A stretch of 64,000 bases of DNA, taken from positions 20,186 through 84,185 of the forward strand of contig BTVJ01000031.1 in NCBI GenBank assembly GCA_045863395.1. The letters run 5' to 3'. Of the stretch, positions 49,756 to 59,400 are shown in pieces (the stretch's first letter is position 1; each line of letters starts with the position of its first letter). The notes below the pieces were generated by a model. That model saw only the letters and a list, made by a program, of their open reading frames with translations, did no database searches and had not been told where the DNA came from. The position numbers and the translations under genes were made by a program. The DNA is from Myxococcales bacterium (lineage in GTDB: Bacteria; Myxococcota_A; UBA9042; JABWCM01; BTVJ01).

Positions 49756-51468
49756 ATGCACGTCGTCCGTTCGTCCGAGGAGACCCGCCGTCGCGTCGAC
49801 GCCAACGGCTGGAGGCCACGCAACTGTGTGTGGGAGCTGACCCTCGCCTGCAACCTGCGATGCGCCCACTGCGGCTCGGTCGCCGGCCGGGCGCGCGCGC
49901 GGGAGCTGGGGACGGCGGACTGCCTGCGCATCGTCGACGAGCTCGGCGACCTGGGCTGCGAGCTGGTGACGCTCTCGGGCGGGGAGCCCACGCTGCGCCG
50001 GGACTGGGACACCATCGCGGCCGCCATCTCCGCGCGGGGCATGCTCGTCAACATGGTGACCAACGGCGTGACGCGCGACGAGGCCGCCGCCCGGTCCATC
50101 GCGCGGCGCGCCCTGGACGCCGGGATGTGCAACCTGGGGGTCAGCGTCGACGGCCCGCGCGAGATCCACGACACCATGCGGGGGGCCGGCACCTGGGACC
50201 GGACCATGGCGAGCATCGGGGCCTTCGTCGGAGAGGGGATGCGCGTGTCGGTCCTGACCACGGTCACCAAGGCGAACCTGAGCCACCTGGCGGCGATCAG
50301 GTCGCTGGCGCTCGCGGCGGGGGCTTCCCAGTGGCGCGTCCAGCTCGGCAAGCCCATGGGGAGCATGGCCGAGCAGCGGGAGCTGCTGCTCGATCCGGAC
50401 GACCTGCTCGTCCTGATCCCGGAGCTGGCCCGCCTGGCGCGGCTCCGCGGCATCACGGTGCGGGTGGGGGACTCCATCGGGTACTACGGCCCCCACGACA
50501 AGGTGCTGCGCGGCACCGGCTGGCGCGGCCGCAAGGAGTGCTGGAGGGGCTGCCAGGCGGGGATGCAGGCCATCGGGATCCAGGCGGACGGGACGGTCAA
50601 GGGGTGCCTGTCGCTCCAGGCGCGGTGGGGAGACCGGGACCCCTTCGTGGAGGGGAGCCTCGCGGAGGCCTCCCTCGCGGACATCTGGTACGGCGCGGGG
50701 GCCTTCGCGTACAACCGGGAGCACCGCCCCGAGGACCTGACGGGCGCGTGCGCGGCGTGCAAGTACGGGCGCCTGTGCCGGGGCGGAGCCCGGTGCGTGT
50801 CGGCGGCGGTCGCGCAGACCGTGACCGAGGACCCGTACTGCTGGACGCGGGTGGCCGGTGAGCAGGCGCCCGGGCGCTGGGTCACCGCAGGGGGTGCGGC
50901 CCTGGCCGTGATCGTGGCGCTTGCTGGGTGCCCGGACACCGGCTCCGCCGCGGACACGACGGTGGCGACGGACACGGCGGACGTGGGGCAGGCTACGGAC
51001 GCGGTGGCGGACGGCGGCGGTGATGGCGGCGGTGACGGCGGGGCGAGCGACGCCGGCCATGACACGGCCGCCCAGCCGGAGTACGGGGTGTCCCCCGACG
51101 CCTGGCCCTCGGGCGACGTCTCGGACGCCTCTGGCGTGAGCGACCTCGGCGACGTCGTGGACGCGGCAGCGCAGCCGGAGTACGGGGTCTGGCCCGACGT
51201 GACCGAGGTGGAGTGTCCAGGCTGGGAAGGAGACACGGAGGACGTGACGCCCGGCCACGACGCCGAGCCGGACGGCGCGCTGGACGCGGCGGACGCGCCC
51301 ACCGACGTGTCGCCGGACGCCATCGACTGCGAGGCGGTGTGCTGCGAGTGCGAGTACGGCATCATCCCCGACGACGTCTGGGACCAGTGCTGCAAGCCCG
51401 ACCCATGCGCCAACGTCTGCTGCGACTGCGACTACGGCGACCCGCCGCCGCCGGAGTGCTGCAAGTAG
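49756..51468 (+). CDS. Radical SAM/SPASM enzyme (PlpX/splicease-like) fused to a lipoprotein-like tail with repeated [E/D]YG motifs
   Basis: GAGGAGG RBS; VWELTLACNLRCAHCGS (CxxxCxxC), SGGEP, TNG, VSVDG; SPASM region GDSIGYYGP…WRGCQAG…IQADGTVKGC…CAACKYGRLCRGG…DPYC; then hydrophobic segment plus LAGC, acidic linker, QPEYGV x2, CECEYG, CDCDYG. Confidence 0.85.
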   Translation: MHVVRSSEETRRRVDANGWRPRNCVWELTLACNLRCAHCGSVAGRARARELGTADCLRIVDELGDLGCELVTLSGGEPTLRRDWDTIAAAISARGMLVNMVTNGVTRDEAAARSIARRALDAGMCNLGVSVDGPREIHDTMRGAGTWDRTMASIGAFVGEGMRVSVLTTVTKANLSHLAAIRSLALAAGASQWRVQLGKPMGSMAEQRELLLDPDDLLVLIPELARLARLRGITVRVGDSIGYYGPHDKVLRGTGWRGRKECWRGCQAGMQAIGIQADGTVKGCLSLQARWGDRDPFVEGSLAEASLADIWYGAGAFAYNREHRPEDLTGACAACKYGRLCRGGARCVSAAVAQTVTEDPYCWTRVAGEQAPGRWVTAGGAALAVIVALAGCPDTGSAADTTVATDTADVGQATDAVADGGGDGGGDGGASDAGHDTAAQPEYGVSPDAWPSGDVSDASGVSDLGDVVDAAAQPEYGVWPDVTEVECPGWEGDTEDVTPGHDAEPDGALDAADAPTDVSPDAIDCEAVCCECEYGIIPDDVWDQCCKPDPCANVCCDCDYGDPPPPECCK

Positions 51469-51610
51469 CGAGGGCAGACCCCACCCGCCCCCGGGCCTGG
51501 TTCAGCTCCTCCCGTCCAAGGGCAGACTCACTCACGTTCGATGAGCAGGAACACACGCACCGTGGCGGCACGGCCGGGGACCGACTCAGGCGGCCGTGGG
51601 CTCCCGCAGG

Positions 51611-51650
51611 GACCAGCGGGGACCAGCGGGGACCAGCGGGGACTCGCGGG
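51611..51650. repeat. 10-bp intergenic tandem repeat GACCAGCGGG x3 plus one degenerate copy
   Basis: gaccagcggg at 51611, 51621 and 51631; gactcgcggg at 51641. Confidence 0.75.
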
Positions 51651-51708
51651 CGCCAGCGTCGACAGCTCGCGGGACCGGCGCCATGGTAGTCGGAAGAGGA
51701 GGTGGACC

Positions 51709-52272
51709 ATGCCGCAGACAGCGCGAAAGAGGGGAGTGAGCTTCGAGGAGTACCTGGCAGGGGAGGAGGTCGCGGATCTCAAGCACGAGCTCATCGACGG
51801 GGAGGTCTACGCGATGACCGGGGCGATGCTGCGGCACGTCGCGGTCACGGGGAACATCCAGGTGGCGCTCCGCCTGGCCCTCCGCGGAGGACGCTGCCGC
51901 GTGTACGCGTCGGACGCCATGGTGCGGACGCCCGAGGACGCCGCCTTCTACCCGGACGTCGTCGTCACACGCAGCGAGCGAGACACGCACCCGCGCATCG
52001 TCGCCCATCCGTCCCTGGTCGTCGAGGTGCTCAGCGAGGGGACGGGCGCCTATGACCGGGGCCTGAAGTTCGAGCGCTACCGCGCGATCCCGACCCTCGA
52101 GGAGTACGTCGTCGTCGACCCGGACCGCGTCGCCGTGGACGTCCACAGGCGCGGTGAGTCGGGCCTCTGGGTGCTCCACCCCTTCCGCGACGGCGACACG
52201 GTGGAGCTCACGAGCGTCGGCGTCAGCCTCCCCATCTCCGCGGTCTACGAGGACGCGGGCGCGCCGGAGTAG
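51709..52272 (+). CDS. Uma2-family (PD-(D/E)xK) endonuclease
   Basis: FEEYL…KHELIDGEVYAMTG, FYPDVVV, PSLVVEVLS…YDRGLKFERY…EYVVVDP; GAGGAGG RBS. Confidence 0.9.
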   Translation: MPQTARKRGVSFEEYLAGEEVADLKHELIDGEVYAMTGAMLRHVAVTGNIQVALRLALRGGRCRVYASDAMVRTPEDAAFYPDVVVTRSERDTHPRIVAHPSLVVEVLSEGTGAYDRGLKFERYRAIPTLEEYVVVDPDRVAVDVHRRGESGLWVLHPFRDGDTVELTSVGVSLPISAVYEDAGAPE

Positions 52273-52459
52273 CCTCGCCTCTCACGGCCATCCCGCAGGA
52301 ACCCGCGCCCCCCGGCACGGCGGCGACGACCAGGGAGGGGTCCCCGGTCTGTCGATCCACGGCGCCAATGGGCTTGACCAGGGCCGCAGAGACCACGGCG
52401 GCGGCCGATGATCTCCGGACAACCCCGAGCAGACGCGCTCACCTCCACTCACTGTGTCG

Positions 52460-52489
52460 TTGACGTCGCCGAGTCGTTCGAACCATAAT
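52460..52489 (+). promoter_or_regulatory. Putative sigma70 promoter for the DUF4041 operon
   Basis: TTGACG, 18-bp spacer, CATAAT. Confidence 0.5.
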
Positions 52490-52534
52490 TCCAGGGGTCG
52501 CCCCAACGACACTCCCACGCTGAGGGAATGACGC

Positions 52535-54184
52535 ATGGATCTACTCGCACTCGCCTTTGGAATCGTCGCGGCCGCTTCCACGGTCTATGTCTTCCTTCTC
52601 CGAAAGGAGCTTCTTCGCGTTCGGAGCGAGCTTGAGCCCCTCAGGAAGTATGAGGTGGTCCGCAATGCGGAGGAGCGCGCACGACAAGTCATCGAAGAGG
52701 CGACGACGCGCGCGGCCGACGAGACTCGCCGTGCTCGCGCGGCGGCCGATCAGCTCATCGTTGAAGCTCAGACACGCAAGAGCGCGGCCGAACGGGACGC
52801 TGGCAGACTCATGGCCGAGGCGGAACAGCGGGCGAGGCACCTGATCGACGATGCCGCTGAGAGGTCGAAAGACGAGATTCAGCGGGCCCGACTCAGGGCC
52901 GAGCAGCTTGGGGCGGAGGCCCAGAGGCAGGTTGCGGCTGCCCGCGCCGACGCGAACCGCATCATCGACGAGGCGAACGTCAAGGCACGGGAGATCGCGG
53001 GAGACGCGATGGACGCCCTCGGTCGCGTCCGGGAGCTGGAACGGACCGCCTCGGCTCTGAAGAATGTCATCGAAGGATACGGCGACCAGTACCTGATACC
53101 GACCCACTCCCTCCTCGACGAGCTGGCCGAGGAGTTTGGCTTCACGGAGGCTGGGCAGGAGCTGAAACGGGCGCGCGACCGGGTCCGCGCCATGGTCAAG
53201 AGCAAACAGACCGCGACCTGTGACTACGTGGAGGCGGTGCGGCGCGACACAGCCATCGCATTCGTTACGGACGCCTTCAACGGCAAGGTCGACACCATCC
53301 TTGCCAGGGCGAAGAACGACAACTTCGGTACACTGCGCCAGGAGATCCTGGACGCATTCACCCTGGTGAACACGAACGGGGCGGCCTTCCGCGACGCCCG
53401 AATCCTCCCCGAGTTCCGCGATGCGCGCATCGACGAGCTGCGGTGGGCCACGGTCGCCCAGGAGCTGAAGCTGAAGGAGCGCGAGGAGCAGCGCGCGATC
53501 AAGGAGCACCTGCGTGAGGAGGAGCGCGCGCAGCGTGAGTTCGAGCGCGCGCTCAAGGAGGCCGCGAAGGAGGAGGAGCTCCTGAAGAAGGCCATGGAGA
53601 AGGTCCAGAAGCAGGTCGCCACCGCGACCGCAGAGGAGCGGGCGCGGTTCGAGGCCCAACTCCAGGACCTGAATCAGAAGCTCGCCGACGCGGAGGCCAG
53701 GTCGCAGCGGGCTCTCTCGATGGCTCAACAGACGAAGTCCGGGCATGTGTACGTAATCTCGAACATCGGGTCCTTCGGAGAGCACGTCTACAAGATCGGG
53801 ATGACGCGGCGACTCGAGCCACAGGATCGCGTGCGGGAGCTCGGCGATGCGAGCGTGCCATTCGAGTTCGATGTACACGCCTTGATCTACAGTGACGACG
53901 CGCCCCGCCTCGAGCGCGACCTGCACAGACGGTTTCTCCGGACCCAGGTCAACAAGGTGAACCCGCGCAAGGAGTTCTTCAGGGTCCCCATCGCCGCAAT
54001 CCGAAGCGAGCTCGATGGGCTCGGAATGAACACGTCATGGACAATGACTGCGGCGGCGCGGGAGTACCGCGAGACCCTGGCCATCGAGGCGGCCATGGAG
54101 AAGAACGAGTTCGACGAGTCCCGGTGGGCGGAGAGCCAGGTGGAGGCGATGGAGGCCGAGGTCCTGGAAGCGGTCGAAGCCTGA
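52535..54184 (+). CDS. Membrane-anchored DUF4041 plus T5orf172/GIY-YIG nuclease (SNIPE/PD-lambda-1-like anti-phage protein)
   Basis: N-terminal TM, long coiled coil, AFNGKVD…EREEQR (DUF4041-like), GHVYVISNIGSFGEHVYKIGMTRR…ELGDASVPFEFDVHA…VNPRKEFFR. Confidence 0.85.
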   Translation: MDLLALAFGIVAAASTVYVFLLRKELLRVRSELEPLRKYEVVRNAEERARQVIEEATTRAADETRRARAAADQLIVEAQTRKSAAERDAGRLMAEAEQRARHLIDDAAERSKDEIQRARLRAEQLGAEAQRQVAAARADANRIIDEANVKAREIAGDAMDALGRVRELERTASALKNVIEGYGDQYLIPTHSLLDELAEEFGFTEAGQELKRARDRVRAMVKSKQTATCDYVEAVRRDTAIAFVTDAFNGKVDTILARAKNDNFGTLRQEILDAFTLVNTNGAAFRDARILPEFRDARIDELRWATVAQELKLKEREEQRAIKEHLREEERAQREFERALKEAAKEEELLKKAMEKVQKQVATATAEERARFEAQLQDLNQKLADAEARSQRALSMAQQTKSGHVYVISNIGSFGEHVYKIGMTRRLEPQDRVRELGDASVPFEFDVHALIYSDDAPRLERDLHRRFLRTQVNKVNPRKEFFRVPIAAIRSELDGLGMNTSWTMTAAAREYRETLAIEAAMEKNEFDESRWAESQVEAMEAEVLEAVEA

Positions 54185-54212
54185 TCCCACGAACTTCACA
54201 CGGAGACTGCTC

Positions 54213-55181
54213 ATGAGCCTCAACAGGACACTCAGGGCGCTGGCGGCCGCGAGTCGGCGAGCAGAGAGGGAGTCGGCCCGCCGATATCGAGAGCGCGAGC
54301 GGAACATGAGGGAGTCCGCCAAGCTGGCCGAGAAGGACAGAGCACGGCATGAGGTCGAGCTTCACGACGCGCTCATCGAGACCCTCGTCTCCGTCCACAA
54401 GGACTGCTCGGATCCCATTGATTGGAAGAGTCTGCGAGACGCAGCGGCACCCGCCCTGCCGGACCGAAGCTCCAAGAACGAGGATGGGGCACGAATCGAG
54501 CTCGAAGGGTACAGACCCGGGCTGTTCACCAGGTTGTTCGGTCTCACGGCCCGACAGAGAGCGAAGCTGGAGGCCGCGATCACCGAGGGGCGAGCAATGG
54601 ACGACGCGGCCTACCGTGCGGCCTGCGCCGCCCATGACGAGCAGCGCGCCGAGTGGCAGGAGCAGCGCGACCTCGCCGCGAGAGTTCTGGCGGGCGACCT
54701 CGACGCCTACGTGACGGTCATTCAGGAGATGAACCCGTTTGCGGAGATTGCAGGTCTGGGGTCGTCGGTGTCCTTCTCGTCGGATGAGGCGACGATGATT
54801 GAGGCGACGGTGCGTGTGAACACCGACCGCGTCGTTCCAGCCGAGTCCAAGAGCCTGCTCGCGAGCGGGAAGCTGTCCGTCAAGGCGATGACGCCAGCCA
54901 GATTCAACGCAATCTACCAGGACTACGTGTGCGGCGCGGCCCTCCGTGTCGCGCGGGAGCTGCTCGCCATCCTGCCCGTCGAGGCCGTGGACGTGACGGC
55001 CACCGTGGAGGGGCTCGACACGGCCACGGGGCGCAATGACGTGAAGACCATCCTGTCGGTCCAGGTGACTCGCAAGGTCGCAAGCATGATCAACTTCGAG
55101 CTGGCCGACCCGTCGGACTGCATGAAGAACTTCAAGCACAAGATGAAGTTCACCAAGTCGGGCGGGTTCGAGCCCATCTGA
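54213..55181 (+). CDS. Hypothetical protein resembling the non-catalytic N-terminal region of Mrr-associated coiled-coil proteins
   Basis: 28 bp after the DUF4041 gene; IYQDYVCGAALRVARE…DTATG…ILSVQVTR…INFELADPSDC. Confidence 0.65.
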   Translation: MSLNRTLRALAAASRRAERESARRYRERERNMRESAKLAEKDRARHEVELHDALIETLVSVHKDCSDPIDWKSLRDAAAPALPDRSSKNEDGARIELEGYRPGLFTRLFGLTARQRAKLEAAITEGRAMDDAAYRAACAAHDEQRAEWQEQRDLAARVLAGDLDAYVTVIQEMNPFAEIAGLGSSVSFSSDEATMIEATVRVNTDRVVPAESKSLLASGKLSVKAMTPARFNAIYQDYVCGAALRVARELLAILPVEAVDVTATVEGLDTATGRNDVKTILSVQVTRKVASMINFELADPSDCMKNFKHKMKFTKSGGFEPI

Positions 55182-55294
55182 TAGCCGCGCGTAGCGGTTC
55201 CGAGGGTGCTGCCATCAGGCGCCCCGGTGGCGCTCCGCGAAGTGCCTGCTGCGCGGGCCCTCACAGGGGGGGCGCGGACCGTGAGGGCTTCGTT

Positions 55295-55460
55295 CTGGAC
55301 GCCTCGGAAGGGGTCGCGAGCCTTCCGGGGAACCTCCCCGACCCCTCCGGAGGGGTCCCCAGGTCTCCCCTGAAGGCTCCCGACCCCTCGGGGGCACCCC
55401 TCGGGAGGGGTCCGGAGCCCTCCGAGGGCCTCGCGTGGGCCTTGGGGGCTTCCGACCAGG
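55295..55460. repeat. Degenerate palindromic (CCCCTCCGGAGGGG-like) intergenic repeat cluster
   Basis: Perfect 18-bp palindrome GACCCCTCCGGAGGGGTC at 55340-55357; near copies at ~55396-55411 and ~55417-55429; lies between convergent genes. Confidence 0.55.
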
Positions 55461-55499
55461 CGCTCGGACACCTCGGGAGCTGTCGCGCAGTCGGCCCCG

Positions 55500-56270
55500 T
55501 CACGCGGGGGCGGGAGCCTCGGCGGGCGGCTCGGGCGCGGCGTCCGCTGGCGCGGCCGCCCCGGCAGGGTTGTGCGTGGTGAGCGGCAGCAGCAGCGTGT
55601 TCATGACCTCGATGGTCTCGGGCTCGTCGGGCTCGACGCTCGCGACCACCTTCTCCACGTACCGCTTCAGCTCGGTGCGCACCTCGGCGGCGAGCGGCGC
55701 GAGCCTCGCCTCCACGTCCGTCGCGACCATGGCGTCGGTGATCCCCAGGGCGTCGCCGTAGACGGCGTGCAGGCGCCGCAGGGAGTCGAGGAAGAACCCG
55801 CCGTGGAGCGCCTCGAAGTGGGCGGCGAGCCCCTGCTGGTCGGCGACCGTCATGCGCGCCTTCACGGAGGACCACTGGCGCTTGTAGGGGAGATTGACGT
55901 AGCTGAGGCCGTCGGCGAAGAACACGTCGTGGATGGCCTGCGCGTGCGCCTGCCCGGGGTTCTCGGGCTCGTCGAGAAAGAGGTGCGCCTCGGTCCACTG
56001 GCGCATGAGGCTGAGGACCCGATCCAGCCGGCGGTCTGCCAGGTGGGGGACGGGCCCCAGCGTCCCCTTCTTGGGGGTGACCAGCTCCGCGATCATGGCG
56101 CTGAGCGCAGAGAGCGCAGCCTCCAGCCGGGCCAGAGACTTGGCGGCGGACGCCGGAAACCCGGCGGTCGCCTTGGCGGACGTCAGGGTCGCGACCCCGA
56201 TGGCCTCCAGATCGAGAGCGGACGCCCGAGGGAGCTCGGCGAGCTCCCCGGCCTTGTACACCTTCCCCAT
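55500..56270 (-). CDS. Hypothetical helical protein
   Basis: GGAGGG RBS before MGKVY; 256 aa; typical coding bias. Confidence 0.65.
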   Translation of the reverse strand: MGKVYKAGELAELPRASALDLEAIGVATLTSAKATAGFPASAAKSLARLEAALSALSAMIAELVTPKKGTLGPVPHLADRRLDRVLSLMRQWTEAHLFLDEPENPGQAHAQAIHDVFFADGLSYVNLPYKRQWSSVKARMTVADQQGLAAHFEALHGGFFLDSLRRLHAVYGDALGITDAMVATDVEARLAPLAAEVRTELKRYVEKVVASVEPDEPETIEVMNTLLLPLTTHNPAGAAAPADAAPEPPAEAPAPA

Positions 56271-56496
56271 GCTGAGTCCCTCCGTGAGTGGGTGGTCGAG
56301 CGCCGACTGTAACGCCGCAGCAGGAAGGTGGCAAGCTCTGTGATCGAGCCGCAGACTGAGCGCACTTCACCCTCTGACGTTCCGGCGGTCACCCGCGCTT
56401 GCCGGTGCCGCGGGGCGCCTCAGCAGGCCGCCGTCCTTGTGCTCCCGTGCACGCCCGGGCTACGATGCGCCCGTCCGCCCTGGGAGGTCCCCCCGC

Positions 56497-59400
56497 ATGA
56501 GCGACGCACCGGTCTTCGACCCCACGGCCCGGCGCATGCCGGCCGCCACCCTGGAGCGCCTCGCGGCCTTTGCCCGCCAGTGGAGCGGAAAGGAGGGCAC
56601 GGAGCAGCAGCTCTCCCAGTCGTTCCTGAACGGCCTCTGCGACGCGCTCGGCACGCCGCGCCCCTACGCCGGCCAGCACAGCGTCGAGGACTACTGCTTC
56701 GAGAAGCGCGTGGACGTGCCGGACCGGAGCGAGCGCGGCCGCATCGACCTCTACAAGCGCGGCTGCTTCGTGCTGGAGGCCAAGTGCGGCCGCAACACCG
56801 CCGCGTCGCCCGGGTCCGCGCCCGTGCGCGGCGGAAAGCGCTACGTCGAGTACATCCAGAGCGCCTGGCTCGACCAGGCGAAGGTCTACGCGGCCCTGCT
56901 GCCCGAGGGACCGCCCCCGCTGCTCGTGGTCGTCGACGTGGGCTACCACTTCTGGATCTGGCGCGGCACCGACGGGCGCTTCGACGCGTTCCACAGCCCC
57001 CGGCGCCTCTCGTTCTCCATCGACGCCATCGCCGACGAGGAGAACGCGCGAGTGCTCTGGGCCTGCTTCGAGTCGCCGGGCGATCTCGACCCGTCGCGCG
57101 CCCAGCAGCGCATCACCGAGGACGCCGTCTCGCGCATCGCCCCGCTCGCCGCGCGGCTCGAAGGCCGAGGCCACCCGCCGGAGGACGTCGCCCGCTTCCT
57201 GATGCGCTGCCTGTTCTGCATGTTCGCGGAGGACGTGGGGCTGCTCCCCAGCGGCCACTTCTCCAAGCTCTTGCGGGGCGCGCTCCAGGTGCCCGACGCC
57301 TTCGAGCCCGAGGCCACGCGGCTGTTCGGGGCCATGGACCAGGGGGGCCTGTACGGCTTCGAGAGGATCCGGCGCTTCAACGGCGCCCTGTTCCGCGACG
57401 CCCGCGCCCTGCCGCTGGACCGCGACGCCCTCGGCTTGCTCGCCGGCGCCGCCGCGCTGAACTGGGCCTTCGTCGACCCGGCGATCTTCGGCACGCTGCT
57501 CGAGCGCGCCCTCGACCCCCGCGAGCGCCACCGCCTGGGCGCCCACTACACGCCGCGCGTGTTCGTCGAGCGCATCGTGCGCGCCACCGTCGAGGAGCCG
57601 CTCCGCGCCGAGTGGGACGTGGTGCAGGCCCGCGTCGAGGAGCTGCGGGCCGCGGAGCCCACCGAGACGAAGGCCAACGAGGCCGCGCAGAAGGTGCTGC
57701 TCCCGTTCCTGCGGCGCCTTCATGACGTGCGCGTGCTCGATCCCGCCTGCGGCACCGGCAACTTCCTCTATGTCGCCTACGCCGTGCTCAAGGAGCTGGA
57801 GCACGAGGTGTTGAGCGAGCTCGTGCTGGCCCAGGCGGCGCAGCAGGGCCTCCTGGAGGGCGCGGCGGTGGTCCCGGGCCACATGCTCGGCCTCGAGGTC
57901 AAGCCCTGGGCGGCGGAGATCGCCCAGCTCGTGCTGTGGATAGGCCACCTCCAGTGGGAGCTCCACCACGGGCGCCAGACCACCATCCGTGACCCGGTCC
58001 TGCCCGAGGAGCGGTCCATCGCCTGCTGGGACGCGCTGATCGGCTGGGACCGGGTGGCCGAGCGCCGCGGCCCCGACGGCGCGGTGATCACGCGGTGGGA
58101 CGGCCTGACGACGAAGGTGCACCACGCCACGGGGAGGGAGGTGCCGGACGACACGGCGCGGGTCCCCGTGATGGACTACGACGGCGTGCGCCGGTCCGCC
58201 TGGCCAGCCGCCACCTTCATCGTCGGCAACCCCCCGTTCCTCGGCAACAAGATGATGCGCGAGGCCCTCGGCGACGCCTACGTCGAGGCCGTCCGCGGCT
58301 GCTACGCCGAGGTCGGCAAGACCGTGGACTTCGTGATGTACTGGTGGCACCGCGCCGCGGACGCAGTGCGCGCCGGGCAGACTGAGCGCTTCGGTCTCAT
58401 CACCACCAACAGCATCGCGCAGACCTTCAACCGGCAGGTGGTCGAGGCGCACCTGGCCGCCGAGCCGGGGGTGGGCATCGTGATGGCCGTGCCGGACCAC
58501 CCGTGGGTGGACGCGGGCGCCGACGTGCGCATCGCCATGACCGTGGTGGAGCGCGAGCGCCCGGGCGTGCGCCGCCTGTCGCGCCTCGGCCGCGTGGTGG
58601 ACGAGGCGGGGGCGGTCGACCGCGTGGAGCTGTCCTTCCGCGCCGTGCCGCAGATCCACGCGGACCTGAGCGGCGGCGCCAACGTCGCCGGCGCCGTGGC
58701 GCTGCGGGCCAACGAGGGTCTGTCGTTCCAGGGCATGAACCTGGTGGGCAAGGGCTTCCGCCTCACTCGGGAGCAGGTCGAGGCGCTGGGCTTCGACGTC
58801 GCGGCCCTGCCGCCGATCATCCGGCCCTATCTGAACGCGCGGGAGCTCATGCAGACCCGCGAGGGCCGATTCGTCATCGACGCCTTCGGGCTGACCGAGG
58901 AGGAGCTGCGGGACGCCTGGCCGACCGCGTACCAGTGGCTCAGCGACCATGTGAGGCCGGAGCGGGAGCAGAACCGGCGAGCCTCCCGGCGAGAGCGGTG
59001 GTGGCTGTTTGGGGAGCCCGTCGGGAAGCTGCGGCGGGCCCTCGTCGGCCTAGGGCGCTACATCGCCACCCCCGAGACCTCGAAGCACCGCGTCTTCCAG
59101 TTCCTCGACGCGGCGACCTGCCCGGACCACAAGCTCTACGCGATCCCCCTCGACGACCCGTACCTCCTCGGGGTGCTCTCCGCCCGCGCCCACGTCCTGT
59201 GGTCGCTCGAAGCCGGCGGTCGCCTGGGCGTCGGCAACGACCCGGTCTACAACAACACCCGCTGCTTCCTCACGTACCCCTTCCCCGCCCCGACCGGGGC
59301 CTTGCGCGCCGCCGTGGCGGAGCTGGGCGAGCGCCTCGACGCGCACCGCAAGCAGGCCCAGGCGCGCAGCCCCAAGGCGACGCTGACCGCGATGTACAAC

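Noticed and set aside
49756..50850. Annotation of the rSAM as PqqE or a heme d1 (NirJ/Ahb) enzyme
   Set aside because: No pqq or heme genes nearby, and the GDSIGYYGP/WxGCxAG/VKGC/PYC motifs fit the PlpX-like clade better. The PQQ-type propeller at 20892 is a structural repeat and unlinked.
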